A stretch of 59,505 nucleotides of DNA, counting the filler, from Basidiobolus ranarum (taxonomy: Eukaryota): assembly GCA_040143965.1 (NCBI GenBank). It is 5 parts of 5 records of this genome, joined end to end, with 100 filler letters (N's around TTAATTAATTAA, not from the genome) between each part and the next. Parts side by side here need not be neighbours in the genome. Positions count along the whole stretch, not along the records: positions 11,947 to 23,765 come from JASJQH010000584.1; positions 23,866 to 35,680 come from JASJQH010000585.1; 3 more parts are not named here. One strand, 5' to 3'. Under the pieces are notes generated by a model. The model saw only the letters and a program-made list of their open reading frames with translations, was not told the origin of the DNA and made no database searches. Below are positions 11,947-29,800 of this stretch, piece by piece. Each line of letters opens with the position of its first letter. Position 1 is the stretch's first letter. A program made the translations under genes and the position numbers.

Positions 11947-12688
11947 ATTAATGATCCAGATAAACTTGAAGGATAATTAGCAATTATTGGATGGTACAAC
12001 ACTAATTAGATAATTCCTTAAACGGAAGATTTTATAGGCATTTTGAATTAAAGAAATACTGCAATCGGCTCAGTCCAAGGACCAGCGATTTGAAATGGGT
12101 ACAATTATACTACACCAGATTGCTAGGATCTGAACCACAAACGCCCATGCATACAATTACAAAGTACATCTCTCCTGGACTATGGCTGTCCTCATTGGTT
12201 GACTGGACTTGGAACCAACCCTGCGCCCATTCACTAGTCAACAAGTCACTCAACCCTGAAATTTATCACGATATCTGGATGCACACATGTCAGTCATAAT
12301 TTATTGAAACTCAGCAAGAATCTCCGAGAAAGGCCAAATTTGTGGGTATTTACGCTCATGTTACTGCTTAAAATTATCCGAAAATTGCTCCAATCAATCT
12401 GATGGAATTGGGGGAGAGCACTCGAAAAATTATGGACTGAAAATTCTAATGAATGAAGCTCAGATCATGTGATTATTGGAGAACACTTACCCTCTTCACT
12501 TGAAGTTTGACAACCAAACTTATGTATAGCTATTAATGGAGTTAGAAACATCTTTAAACATTCTATCATATGCGACAAAAAAAGATTACGATGCATTGAA
12601 CGAAAACCCTTTAGGCCTCGAAGATCGTATGATTAGCCCATTATCTGACGAGACCAATAGTTATGTTGCTGATAGTAGTCAAACGTTG

Positions 12689-16170
<3,482 letters not shown>

Positions 16171-17234
16171 ATAGGACTATGCATTTCTTCCGAAAAGCTA
16201 AATGGCGCAAGCATCGTGATTTCACTTGACGTTTTCGTTTGCTCATTGTCTTCTTTCAAATTTCATTTCTATGATCTTATCTTCATTGCCGCTGCGTAAT
16301 TTAGATTGTATTTGTATCAAAGCTGACGACCCTCATTCACCACTAATCGTACCTAGTTATTTTTGGACCTTGTTCTGTATTCCCAATACCCTCACCACCT
16401 ACTTTCACACAACAGTGGCCCCAGACAAACGAGAACTTGTTCTGATGTGGATTTTCACAGTTGTCTTACTCTAGTCATGTTGCTCTTGGTAGGGATTGTA
16501 CTTCTTAATCTTCACCAAGTCCGCTTCATCCGCCACTAACCCATCTCTACCATGTTGACGTTCAAAGGATGCACGTAGTAAAAGTGTATGTGTTTCCTAC
16601 AGTTTGATATTCGAAATAAATATTCAATGTTGATAATCGAATTCAGGAGGAAGGGGAGTCTATGTAAGCGTGTATTTTCCACGCATGATGTCATTCAGAA
16701 ATGGTAAATTGGGACCATTTCAAATCTCAGTCTGGTCGATCGGATCGGCCAATCTTGTTTTTTAATGAACCATCTGAAGTTGAATATCTTGTTGAATTTG
16801 TAATGGAATGGAACTGCATCAAAGAAGCAATTGTAATTTATAGGATGTGCAGGAAATAGTGAATTTAACCCTTACATCAAAATACACCGGGGGATTTGAC
16901 AACCAGGAAACACCAATCAACGCGTCACTCAAAGGCATATTGATAAATACACTTCAGCAAGTTGATGTCTATTAGCATTTATTCAGATCGTGTATCTTCG
17001 ATAGATCATGCGTCTAATGATCATCTCCTTCCTCCCCCCTTTACTTCGCAGTCATTAAAGAGCTCTTTTCTTGATCGCTGGCCCTCATCTTTCTTACCTT
17101 TGGTTCGACTCTTTGCGAGTATTTTGGGAGCGATTGCTTCGTACGATAATCAATATAACTGCTTGGAATGAATATCATTTTCTACTGCTTTCTATCCAAT
17201 AACTCGCTTATAGTCAACATTTACTATTTATTCC

Positions 17235-20200
17235 ATGTCACTACCCAACAGTGAGCCCAAACGTTTTCACAATAATCTGGGTGATCCTTGCACTGATAGC
17301 AATTCAACAGACAGTTTTGAGGCTGGCTTAGCTCACTCAATTTCCCTAGAGTCTACCACTACTGTAAAAAATGGTACATCGGATAATTCGGACATTCTGC
17401 AGAACTCAAGTACGAAGCCATTCTTGGTAAATTGAATTCAAACCGAATCGTATAAACTAACACTTATATTCCGCTCGTCTTAGAGCAAATGGTTCCTAGA
17501 TTCTCTTCTGTATATATTGAAACACTCTCAGACGAAGGTAACCTAGACAAAAACTCTGAATCACTCTCAAGTAAATCACTTTTAAATTTGTTTGGATCAA
17601 GTATCTTTCACTTATTGTTATTCATCTTTGTAACAGATAATGAAGTTATCAAAGAGCATTCATCTGATTTAGAAACATATGAATATTATCTTCAACGATT
17701 CAATGATGAGGTATTATCAAATCTTGATTCTATAATGGAATCACCAGAAAACCATACCGAACCTCACTCTTTGGTGAAGCGAGATCGGCATCCAACCGAC
17801 CGTAGATATCCTAAACGTATTCATGCTATACCAAATAACTTGACCAACTCAATACGAAGTCAAAGACGAACCGATAGTGATGATGTTGCCGGGAATTTGA
17901 AAAATGATAACTATAGAATTGATTCATATTATTCCGAGATATTCACTCGTCTACCATCCATGTGGATATTATTGACCCACTGCGCAACCTTTTACGCTCC
18001 TACTTTGATGTTGTCTTGTTGTGGTATGAGTGATATATCAATTGATTTTAAATCTCTCTTATTTATCTTTTGTGTACTAAATGATGTCTCGTTGGCTACT
18101 ATAGGCATGAAAACTTCAGAAATTCGTCAAGCTTGGAGAGAGAAGATGGCATTATGTACCATCATTTTTATACTTTGTTTAGCAGTAGGCTTTCTTACTT
18201 TTGGTTTCCAACAAGTTTTCTGTGGCTTCTCCGGCAGCGTGGGCCGTGTCAAGCAAGGAACTATAACCAATGAGGACATAATAATTCACGGTAAAGTGTA
18301 CCAACTAAATGGATTCGTACACCCAGGAATCGTAAATGGACTTCCTACAAGTGTAGATCCATTTAGTTCCGCTGGAGGACAGGATCTTTCATTTTTGTTC
18401 CAGAGTCTTACTGGAAATTGTCAAGATATACTACAAGCAGACTCTAGGATGACGAATTCTAGTGGAAATATAGAGAATTATTACCCTTGTATAACACGAA
18501 ATGCAAGCACACCGGTGGATCCTCAACGTAATCCTGAGAAAGTTGGATGTCACCCAACTCTTATGGCTCTGAAGCGATCGAACAATGGACGGACAATCAT
18601 AACCAAGTGCCTATTCCGACCACAAGGTAAAGGAGAATAATTAAATTTCTTAATTTCACTAACTAATAATATTTGTTAATTTTAAGGAATGCTTCAATTC
18701 CAAAACTAACCTCAGGATTCTTACCGCAAATCAGTCGATATTCTACTCCTCCGCCTATCTACGATTTAGTATCAAAGCGTTCTAGCTCTCATTTCTCTCA
18801 AAACAATAGTGAATATCGGGTTTATCGTGCAAAAGGCTCTGATCATTGTTCTACGAGTGAGGAATCCGTTCATTCCCCGGAATCCTCAGCCCGATCCCAC
18901 TCTCGTACCTCTACAATGGGACCATATTTACATGTACCGCCTCATCCTCCACCCTATAGTTTCCAGCCATTTAATTTCCCATTAGCGTATACGATTCTGT
19001 TAGTGACTTGCTATTCTGAAGGAGAAGAAGGTATACGAGCTACACTGGATTCACTGGCACAAACTGACTATCCAACTTCACATAAGCTGATTGTTGTGAT
19101 TGCTGATGGGGTGATAGTGGGAGCGGGGAACGAGATGTCAACACCGGATATATGTCTAACCATGATGAAGGATTTTGTAATTCCTCCAAACAAGGTTCAG
19201 CCATATTCCTACATCGCTATAGCTGATGGGACTAGACGACATAATATGGCCAAGATTTATGCAGGCTATTATAAATTTAATGAGCAAGTCGAGTCGGTGG
19301 AAAAGGCACCAAAAGTACCAATGATCCTGATTTCCAAATGTGGTACTCCAGAAGAACAGTCCCAACCGAAATCGGGAAATCGTGGAAAGAGAGATGGTCA
19401 AATCATATTGATGTCTTTTCTACAACATGTAATGTTTGATGATCGAATGACTGAAATGGAATACGAATTATTTAACGCGATGTGGAGTGTAACCGGAATT
19501 AGTCCGGATCATTTTGAGATTTTGTTGATGGTAGATGCCGATACGAAAGTGTACCCGGATTCCCTCACTCGAATGGTCTCTTGTATGGTCAGAGATCCAC
19601 AGATTATGGGATTGTGCGGTGAAACAAAAATCGCAAACAAACGAGACTCTTGGGTAACTATGATTCAGGTATTTGAATATTACATCTCGCATCATCTGAG
19701 CAAAGCCTTTGAATCGATCTTTGGTGGCGTAACCTGCCTACCCGGATGCTTTTGCATGTATCGTATCAAAGCTCCCAAAGGGCCGACGGATTTTTGGGTT
19801 CCAGTATTAGCAAGTCCAAATATCGTTGAAGAATACAGCGAAAATGTGATCGACACACTTCATAAGAAAAATCTACTTCTGCTAGGAGAAGACCGGTATC
19901 TTACCACACTGATGCTTCGTACGTTTCCCAAGCGTAAGATGATATTTGTTCCACAAGCGGTTTGCAAAACGGTTGTCCCTGACACATTCAAGATATTACT
20001 ATCCCAGCGACGTCGTTGGATTAACTCTACGATTCATAATCTATTAGAGTTGGTCATGGTTGGGGATTTATGCGGCACATTTTGCTTTTCAATGCAATTT
20101 GTGGTGTTTATGGAGTTGGTTGGTACGGTAGTATTACCAGCGGCCATTTGCTTTACTCTTTACTTGGTCATCATCTCATTATTTACCTTTCCGGTTCCGA

Positions 20201-20640
20201 TTATACCTTTGATATTACTGGCAATGATTCTCGGTTTACCAGCGATTCTTATATTGATGACAACGCGTAAAGTGGTATACGTCGGCTGGATGTTGATCTA
20301 CCTATCTTCATTATTTATATGGAACTTCATCTTACCCGTCTATGCATTTTGGCATTTTGATGATTTCAGCTGGGGTCAAACTCGACAAGTAGCTGGTGAA
20401 AAAAAGACGACGAATCCTGAGGATAAGGATGGTGAATTTGATAGTTCGCAAATCGTTATGAAACGATGGTCCGAATTTGAGAAAGAGAAACGTCAACGAA
20501 TGGATCTATGGCTAAATCATGTCAGATGCAGTACAACTTCTATCGCAAAAGGATACGAATGGTCCAACTTAGGATATAATATACCCAGTCAATTAGCCAA
20601 AATGAACTTATCTTTAGTAGAGTCCGAGGCTAATTGTTAG
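17235..20640 (+). CDS. Class IV (Chs3-like) chitin synthase with apparent internal deletion and frameshift near 18551-18571; catalytic exon intact
   Basis: [11 protein letters not shown], cyt-b5-like [93 protein letters not shown]. The upstream frame does not splice in frame to the catalytic exon (see findings). Confidence 0.9.
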
Positions 20641-21066
20641 CACTGTAATAAAAGGAACTCAAGGAAAACTCTAAGAGGATGATTCTTTCCATGTAGAATA
20701 TTTAAAATTCATCCAACTCACAATATTGAATTGATAGAGTCTGACAATATGGTATATTTCGTATATTTTCAAAGCATTCATGGCATTGTATCTGTTTCTC
20801 TTCTCCTCTTCTCCTCTTCTCCCAATCCTTTATAAATCGATAAGAAATGCAAATATCATCCAACACAACACTTACTGTGTAGATTTGATCCATGGGTTGA
20901 CAAGAACGGCCTAGCTTTAATAGTATTTTATCACTTTATCTGAATTGATATTGACTTTGTATGGTTAACGATTCGAAGTTATTGTTGAAAAATATTAGAT
21001 TATATATTGAATCATCAAACAGGAGTGGAGTGGTAAAGTGATGGAGATCTACTATTGAAGAATTAT

Positions 21067-22796
21067 CTAATTCCACCAATCACCAGATTGTTGAGAATTA
21101 GGTTGTTGTTGAGTATTCTGGTTCATTTGATAGTGGTTATTAAAGACTGGTTGCTGTCCAGAGCTAGGAATAGTGATTAGTATATGTCACTTAAGGGGAT
21201 GAAGCATCGAGGTGATGGAAACTTACTTCATAAAATGATGTTGAGGAGTTACTGAGGTGAGTGAATTTCAAAGTAGTTAGGATCCGTGGGTGATTTCAAG
21301 TATAAAAAATAAAGTAGTTGTCTCTTACCATTAGGATTTACTTGCTGTGGACCAGGAGTGAATTGTTGAAATGTGTTCATATTTGATTCTTGGTTGTGGG
21401 TTGGTCCAGAACCAGGACTATACAAAGACATAATGTAATCTTTGTTGATTTGATGCTTGAATTCTAAATTTGAAAAGGATTAGTTAAGAAAATTAGAGAA
21501 ATGGAAAGAGACAAAGTGATTACGATCAGGTTGTGGTTGTGGTTGTGGTTGCATATTATTTGTGTACATTGGTTGGTTCGAATAGAAGCCACCTGGTGCA
21601 CTAAATGATCGGTTAGGTGGATTCTGGCCTTGTATCAACTGTGAATTCTGGCCTTGTATCAACTGTGAATTCTGCCCTTGAAATTGTGGATTCCCATTGT
21701 AATTCGTTAGACTTGGTCCCATGGCAGCATTCGTAAACTGGTTTGGATTGGGATTTGAATATTGCATAGTATTAAACGACTGTGGTGGGATGGAATTCGC
21801 ACTTGTAGTTTGACCAGAGAGTGGAGATGCCTTCCTATCGAACATGTTGGGATCAAGAGTATCCGGAATGGGTTGTGTAGCGGTATTTCTTCTCAACGGT
21901 ACAGGACGTTGATATGAAGGAGTTTGTTTAATAGTTCCCTCACTATAAGTCATAGCACGAGATAATGTCGATTGAGGGTGAGATACAGCGGGTGTAGAGG
22001 ACAATAAATGGATAGCCATCTCAATATTATTATTCGCTTTAGCCAAAGCTTGTTCATTTCGAGAATTATCGCTAAATCCAAGTTCACGAAGTTTAATCAA
22101 CAAATCATTCGACTGAGAAGGAATTTTGGGACTATCTATTGTGGTCTAGGAATAAAAAGTTAGTATTATCTGGAACACGGAGAATGAACTACATTCTACT
22201 TACTTTTCTCACGATACTTTCTTTATTCATGAATAATTTTCTCTCGTACTTATCTCGAATATACTTTTCCATCTCTCTGGATAATAAATCAATTTAATAA
22301 GTCCTTCCTTTATCACAGTCAATAATAAATTCTTTCACGTACTTTTCTCCATGAGGAATAGGATGCCTTTCGGGTTGGGGATTGAAGTAGAAGTTGACAT
22401 GTTTGTTTCCAAGTTTCTTCAAATTCTAAAATATCACTTAGTATCTTTGCTCGAGAAATAAAAGGGTTGAAAAAGCGTACCTCAATTTGCTCTGTTGTCC
22501 AAGAGTCAAGTGTTAAAGATTTAACTTTGGTAATGTGAGTACCTATTTTACGATGCACACCTGCGCACCGCATGCATAGGAAGATACCGAGATTGAAGGA
22601 AGCCCAACAAGGACCTGTTTGATGCAATGAGAATAAATCAAGATATACTACCCAAGATGGATATAGATTCTTCCAACTAACCAGGTGAACGACAATCAGC
22701 ACAAATAGCATTGTTGGGATCTCGTAAAAGTTCAGCAAATATCCGTTGGTTTCGTTCACTGGCCACCTTTCCTTGTAATGTTAGTCGCGTAGTCAT
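21067..22796 (-). CDS. ArfGAP-domain protein with UBA domain and Q/N/P-rich tail (Gts1/Ucp3/SMAP-like), multi-exon
   Basis: Spliced: [55 protein letters not shown] (CxxC-x16-CxxC-x4-R). [37 protein letters not shown]-like KDYIMSLY motif. Last exon ends ..GDWWN* at 21067. Confidence 0.88.
21621..21680. repeat. 24-bp coding tandem repeat, 2.5 copies (GQNSQLIQ on minus strand)
   Basis: ATTCTGGCCTTGTATCAACTGTGA twice plus a partial third copy. Confidence 0.9.
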
Positions 22797-23172
22797 CTTG
22801 TATCAGAAAGTAAGGAGAGTTCTCTAGAATTCGAATGATTGTGCACTACTTTCATCAGAAAATTCAACCATCCATATATTAATTAGAGTTGCTTTTTCTA
22901 TCATGAGTAACCTATCATGATTAATGCTTAGAATATATGCGAGCTGGTGTGTAACGATTCATTATCAAAAGAGTATAGTATGTATAGTATATTTAAAATT
23001 TAATTGGAGTGAGGTTTTACCAAAAGAAGAGAAATCTACTAAATTTAGATAGTGGTTTAGATGGTATTTATAGGCACTTTGTTAAAAATAACTAAAAGTA
23101 CAATTAATTTACTGGCGAGTTAGTGCGAGTGCAGTGAGTAGCTGAGAGTACAGAAAAGCAGAGACGTTAAAA

Positions 23173-23765
23173 TTACAAAATAACGGGATTTTTAGATAAT
23201 AGAGGATCTTCATTGTGTTTGAGTTCAACAACATCTCCTCTAATACTGATCAGCCCATATCCTTGGTTCTTAATGCTTTCTTCAAACGTGGTTTGATCCA
23301 TTCTTAAAGCTACAATAGCATTACCACCCAGAGCTGCAACGTGAGCTCGCGCTACTGCTTGAACCTCCATCATAAACGTATGGACAAATGCTGCTTTGCC
23401 TCCGGTCACAGTATCGTATACAACATGTGCTTCTTTAACAAAATGAAGTGAGATTTTCCCCAAATAGCGTTCAATGGTTGTGTTTGGTATATAGCTTAGG
23501 GGGGTCATCTCGATCCTTGGTGGAGGTAGAGGTAGCTCATTACTCACAAATCTTGTTAGATAAGGAGTGCGGCTAGCACCGGGATCAGACTCGGAGGGTT
23601 TTGTAGAAGACGCAGAGTTTAATGAAACTTTGGATTCGTTAGCTTTGTCCGTAGCATTGACTGGTTGTAACCGATTGGATTCATCATCCATGTTGAACAT
23701 CAGTTGTGGCTCACAGTGGCTTTCGCTGGTGGTGGGTGGAGATACAGTGGTGGTTTGAGTGGAGG
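23173..23765 (-). CDS. C-terminal part of a C2CD5-like protein (C-terminal YbjQ-like domain); 5' part lost at contig end
   Basis: MTPLSYIP...IERYLGKISLHFVKE...FVHTFMMEVQAVARAHVAALGGNAIV...NQGYGLISIRGDVV matches the C2CD5 C-terminal pattern as I recall it. The frame is open to the contig edge. Confidence 0.78.
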
Positions 23766-23865
23766 NNNNNNNNNNNNNNNNNNNNNNNNNNNNNNNNNNN
23801 NNNNNNNNNTTAATTAATTAANNNNNNNNNNNNNNNNNNNNNNNNNNNNNNNNNNNNNNNNNNNN
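23766..23865. other. Artificial contig spacer
   Basis: N44-TTAATTAATTAA-N44. Confidence 0.98.
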
Positions 23866-26800
23866 AGCCATTGCCACTGAAGCACCAATAGCAAGTGGGG
23901 CATATATCTCGAACACCGAAGCGTCAAAAGTGTAGTTGGCGAATTGCAGGACTGAATCCTTGGCCGTAAGCTGATATTTTTGGTGGATTGCCTGAATAAA
24001 GGTAACCACTGCCGAATGCTCCACCATTACTCCCTTCGGTGTTCCGGTAGAACCTGACGTATATAATACGTAGCACAAATTAGTATTAGCAATTCCTTTG
24101 ACATTTGGATTAGTAGCTGAGTATTCGCCATATCCACTCATAGCATGGTCAATTAAAATTAAAGTGAGTTCTTCAAACACAACCTTATGTGAGCAAGTTG
24201 TTATCACGATGGAGGCACCCGTTTCTTTTTGTACGAATTTGGAACGCTCAACTGGGCTATTTGGATCTATGGGTACGTAAGCGCCACCAGCTTTAAGAAC
24301 AGCCAACATGGCTACAATCATCTCAACCGACTTTTCAAGGTATAATAGCACCATTGACTCTGGTCTTACTCCTTGGGTCATCAAATAATGGGCTAACTGG
24401 TTTGATTGCTTGTTTAGGTCGTCGTAGGTTAGATGGTAGTTACTTTCATATTGAATAGCAATGTTGTTAGGCGTGTCAGCTGCCTGTTTTTCAAATAAGT
24501 GGTGTAAACATTCAACTGTGATATCAACCTGGTTGCTACTTGTTGAGAACGATCTGATTATACTGCTTTCAACATTGGAGATGTGTGGAATATGAGCAAT
24601 TGGTGATGCATCATCAACACCGACGATACTGGCAATTGTGGTATCCAAGCGATCCAAAAGGCTACCCGCTAGTTCGTCTGTCAGTGTAGCATTGTAAAAA
24701 TCTAGTCGAAAAGCAAATTCATCATCTTCAATCCAAGCATTAAGGCACAATCTGTACTCAGTGGGCTCTACTATTCTATCCAGCTGGAAAGTTACCATTT
24801 GTTTTGCGTCTTCTTTCTCAGACAATTGAAAGTTGAGAATTGCATCAAAATTGACTTGGCCATCATTATGTCTACACCATTGTCTGATCTGTCTTAAACC
24901 ACAATTTTCGTATGGTATCCGAGTTACCATACTTTGATGCAGAGATTGCAGCCAACCCATTACTGTTGTGTCCGCATCATACTGAATCCTTAATGGAGTC
25001 GTATTAATGCATGGACCAACAACCTGATTGATGTATTTCATTGATATATTGCGACCATTGGTGAGGACTCCATATACAAAGTCATCTTTTCCATAATAAG
25101 GTTGTAGTATTAATCCCCAAGATGCTTGCAAAATAGTGAGCAAAGTTACACCTGTCTTTTTTGAAAACTCTTTTACCATCTGCGTAGAGATTCGGGATCT
25201 GCTAAATATTTGATGGTGTTCTATCTTTGCATTCATGTCTCCGAGTTTTGGAAAAACACAGGAGTCCACACCAGCTAGGTACGTTGACCAATACTCTTCT
25301 CCTGCTGTGTTGTTGAAAGATTCGCTCTCTTTAATGCAGTATGATATGTAATCTTTGTATGGGACGACAGCTGGTCTTGGCGTATTGTTGTAGACAGCTT
25401 CTAAATAAGCTATAGTTATTTTATCAGACCAACCATCGTTGATTGCATGATGTCGGCTGATTATCATCTTATCCTTTTCGCCATGCAGCAAGCATAATCG
25501 TATGTTGGGCTTGCCTAGTGGAAATCCTTGAGCCACATCTTCTTCTAAGTATTGGTTTAGTACAATATCAACGTCTTTGGTCTCCGTAAATATATGGTTG
25601 AAATCTATATGAAAATGTCGTAGTACCACTTGAAGATATGTTCCTGATGTTGATGAGAGCAAGTCGTTGATAAATACTGTTCGCAATATTGAAAGATCAT
25701 TAATTGTGGCTCTCCAGGCAGATATCAACTGCTCAGAGTCCACTCCATCTGGAAGAGTATATACATCTTGTACATGATAGGAAGAAGCAGAGCGGGCATT
25801 ACCGGCGATCAAGCCTTCCTGCATCACGGAACAAGGATATATGTCTTCTATGTTTAGAACAAACTCGTCACCATATTTTGCTCCAATTTCTTCCATGAAT
25901 TCGTTCAACTGATGGGCATTTAGGTTGAGCAATGGGATATCAGAGACAGTCATCGCTCTTTTCTCCTTGTTGGCACTATTATGGATGGCCTCCATTAAAT
26001 CTCTCTTCCAGGACTGTAGCCACTTATTGATCTGGCCCTCACGATGAAGTTCACTGCTGTAGGATATCGAGGCACACAGATTGTCACGCTGCATAGTAAC
26101 TTCAACTTCTATGGCATTCATTCTTCTCCATTTAGGACCAATCATATTCAAGTCAAAAGCATACCGATCGTCAATTTGTTGAAACAGAGAACCGCCCTTC
26201 TCCAAATGCTGGAATCGTCCGAAATAGTTGAAACCCACCTGAAAGCTGTCATTACCAAATCGTGATGATAACTCTTCATTAAGGTAACGGAGGAGTCCAT
26301 AATCCAAACCACGGTTAGGAATGGTTCGACGAGTGTCTTTTGTCTGCTTCAATATATCCATGATGGAATCACCTTGATTACTTACAATGGTAACTGGATA
26401 GATGGAAGTGAACCAGCCTATTGTTCGGGAAATATCAATGGAATCATCCCACGGTTCACGTCCGTGGCCTTCGGTCGCAAAGGTAATGGAATGCGCATTG
26501 AATGTGTCACAATAGGAGGTGGCGAGGGTTGAAAGCATAAAGTCCACCGCCTCTGTTCCATACGCGTCATTGCTTCGGCCGAACAAGAGAGTTGTATATT
26601 CACTATTCAAAGTAAAAGACAGAGTGTTCACCGTTTCCATAGTATTTAAGGGCAGCTTGAATACATCAATATCTAATGGTTCAATCGGTGCCTGTTGTGG
26701 CCAGCTTTTGACAGTCAAGGACTCAGCGTGCTTCTGTAAAAGCCTGCTCCACTTTCTGAATGACAATGTTTTGTCGGATAATGTTTGGCCATTAAGTAAT

Positions 26801-29800
26801 TTCTCAAGATCTTCCCAAATAATACGCCATGAAACTAGATCGATTATGTAGTGATGGATAGTCATGAATAACAACTGTTCACCAGATGGTAGATCATAGA
26901 TTATAAATGAAGACACTGGCCCTGTTTCGATGTTGAGACTTCGCTGCACTTGCAATATGCTTGACTGTAACTGCTCAATACCTGATACCTGGTAATGCTG
27001 AACCTCAAAATTAACTTCCTCATTGGAAGCTAGCCATTGTCTCCAGCGACCTTGTTCATATGTGAATCGAGTCCTCAACATATCATGATGACTTGTAAGC
27101 TCACTTAGTGCTCTCTCCAGTGCGGCAATCTCTATGGGATGCTTGACACTTACTAACCACGACAAATGGAAATGGTGGACATCGGACTGTGTAACTCCAA
27201 AAAACTGATGTTGAATTGGAGTAAATGGAATATCAGCCCCTTCGTCCTGACCTTCTTCTATGCTCTGCTTTTCTAGTGCAAGTGTTGTAAACTGAGCGTA
27301 GTTTACAAGTTGACGAATGGTTGGGTGTTGCAATATGCTCTGTACAGATATTTCTATTCCTTTGTGACGACACTGGGCCGATATTTGAATAGCAGAAATA
27401 GAATCACCACCCAAATGATAGAAAGAATCCCCAGTACCTATGGAAGACTTTTCAACGTTGAGCACATCTCCCCATACCTCTTGCAGTAACTTTTCCATTG
27501 GAGAGATTGGTGTGTCTTTGGTCTCTTTCGCATCTTGAATAAAGTCATTATTCATATACAACAGCTTCAGTGTCTTCAAGTCTGTTTTACCGCTTGTATT
27601 GATGGGCATTCGTGTCAGAGGTATCCATACTGTGGGCACCATATATGGTGGAAGTTGCTTTCGAACGGACTCTTGTATACGGTTTATCTCAGATCTGTTA
27701 CCCATTTCAAGAACTGAAACTGGCTCTTTCTCGGAAGTTTTATTTTTGATGGTTAAGAAAGCCACAAGGACCTTACTTCTCTTCGATGTCTTCGACTTTC
27801 GATTCAATAACTTGACTGATACACGATTGACTTCTGGAGATAGACTTAGTATATGTTCTATTTCTTCAATTTCGATTCTTAAACCGTTCAACTTGACTTG
27901 GTTATCTTTGCGGCCAAGAATGGTGATGGAGCCGTCAGGATTAAATCTTCCTAAATCCCCTGATCTGTATAAACGTTCGCCATGAGTATAAAGGGAACTG
28001 ACAAAGCTTTTTTCAGTCAAATCAGGTCTATTTAAATATCCTCGAGCAAGTTGAGGCCCGCCAATACAAAGTTCCCCCACTGCTCCCAATGGCACCAGCT
28101 CCAGTCTATCATTCAGGATTAAAACTTTACTACGGCCAATCGGCCACCCAATATTGGTACAAGATGTTGATTGCTGCACTGATTCTTTTATGATGGTGTA
28201 CACTGCAGTTTCAGTTGGACCGTAACCATTATGCAACTTGACTTTGGAAGCCCAAGCGTCACGTACGAATTTAGTGAGCATCTCACCTCCTTGCTGAAGC
28301 AGTTTGAGTGTTGGTACTGAGTTTGGGTCCAGTAAGGAAGCAACAGTGGTGGTTAACTGTGCCGCAGTAACCTCCATAAGGCACATCATTCCAGCTAAAT
28401 TCGTGAGCAAATTATTCTTGGAAGCTAAACATATGCATGATCCGGTTATCAGATTCACGAATAGATCAAGTATGGATGCGTCGAAAGTATAGTTGGCAAA
28501 CTGGAGAAACCGATCATTCTGGGCTAAATTGAGAATCTTTTTGTGAGCAGTGACGTAATTAACAACAGAACGATGTTCTAGCATAACTCCTTTGGGTTTT
28601 CCCGTCGAACCTGAGGTGAAGATCAGGTAGCAGAGATTTGAGGATTTCAAGCCTGAAATGACAGGGTTTGATTCGGAACAGCAGTAATCAGAGCCATCCA
28701 CAATCAGCAATTGAATAGTTTGCCACTCGGCAAACATACCCTTTAAACTGCTGGTGGTGATACAAACTCTAGCTTTCGTATCTCCTAAGATGAAATCAAT
28801 TCGTTCTTTTGGGTATTCTGGATCGAGGGGCACATAAGCGGCTCCTGCTTTGAGAACAGCCAGGATAGCGACCACCATATTAGTTGATTTCTCGATGCAC
28901 AATGGTACCAAATCGTCTGGTTGTACACCCAGTTGAATAAGAGAATGAGCAAGTATATTAGCCCGTTTGTTCATCTCTGCATATGTGACCGATTCCTTAT
29001 CCTCAAATTGAAGCGCAATATTGTCTGGTGTACTTTTTACTTGCTCCTCAATAAAATGATGAATACAACTATCATCAAGTTCTTGGACATATTCTAGCTT
29101 TCCTTGCTGCCATTCAGTCAAGAATAAAGATTTTTCATTTTCTGGAGTCCAATTTAGGCTATCCAATGGAGCATCAAGGTTACTAAGTAATGTTTTAGCT
29201 ACATAAATGAACTGCTCAGTAAATAGAACTCCTCGGTTTTGTGAAAGGTGGCTGTTTGCGAAGGTCATCCGAACATCAATACCATCTTCACTTATGTACC
29301 CTTGTAGGCAAATCGCAAACTATAGTGGAATGAATAAGTATTCATAATTGATAACTCATACATTTAGAATATATTACCTTGAGTTGGTGGAGATCTATTG
29401 ATCTTTCTTGATCCGAGAATATGACGCAGGTATTGAAACCACTTGCATCTTGAACACTTGATTCAGCAGTGTCCTGATGATTAACTTTTTGATTAAAGGC
29501 TAGATTCTTTAGCCAACTGCTAACATGGAGTTTCTCGATTTCGTGATCATAAGTTGACTGGAAGATCTGCAAGTCCTTTAACATCAATTTTGAATGTTGT
29601 TGGGTAGGAAGGCCTATACCAAATGTAATATCTGGACTTCCAGTATATAGATTCAGCATAATCACCCAGGCCGCGTATAGCAGAGATCTCTCGATACCAG
29701 CAACCCCTTTCAAAGCAGCATGATGGTAAACATGGCTCAAATCAAGTATCTTCAGTTTACTGGTATGGAAGTCAATTGTATTAGTGTTTTCTTCGAATTC

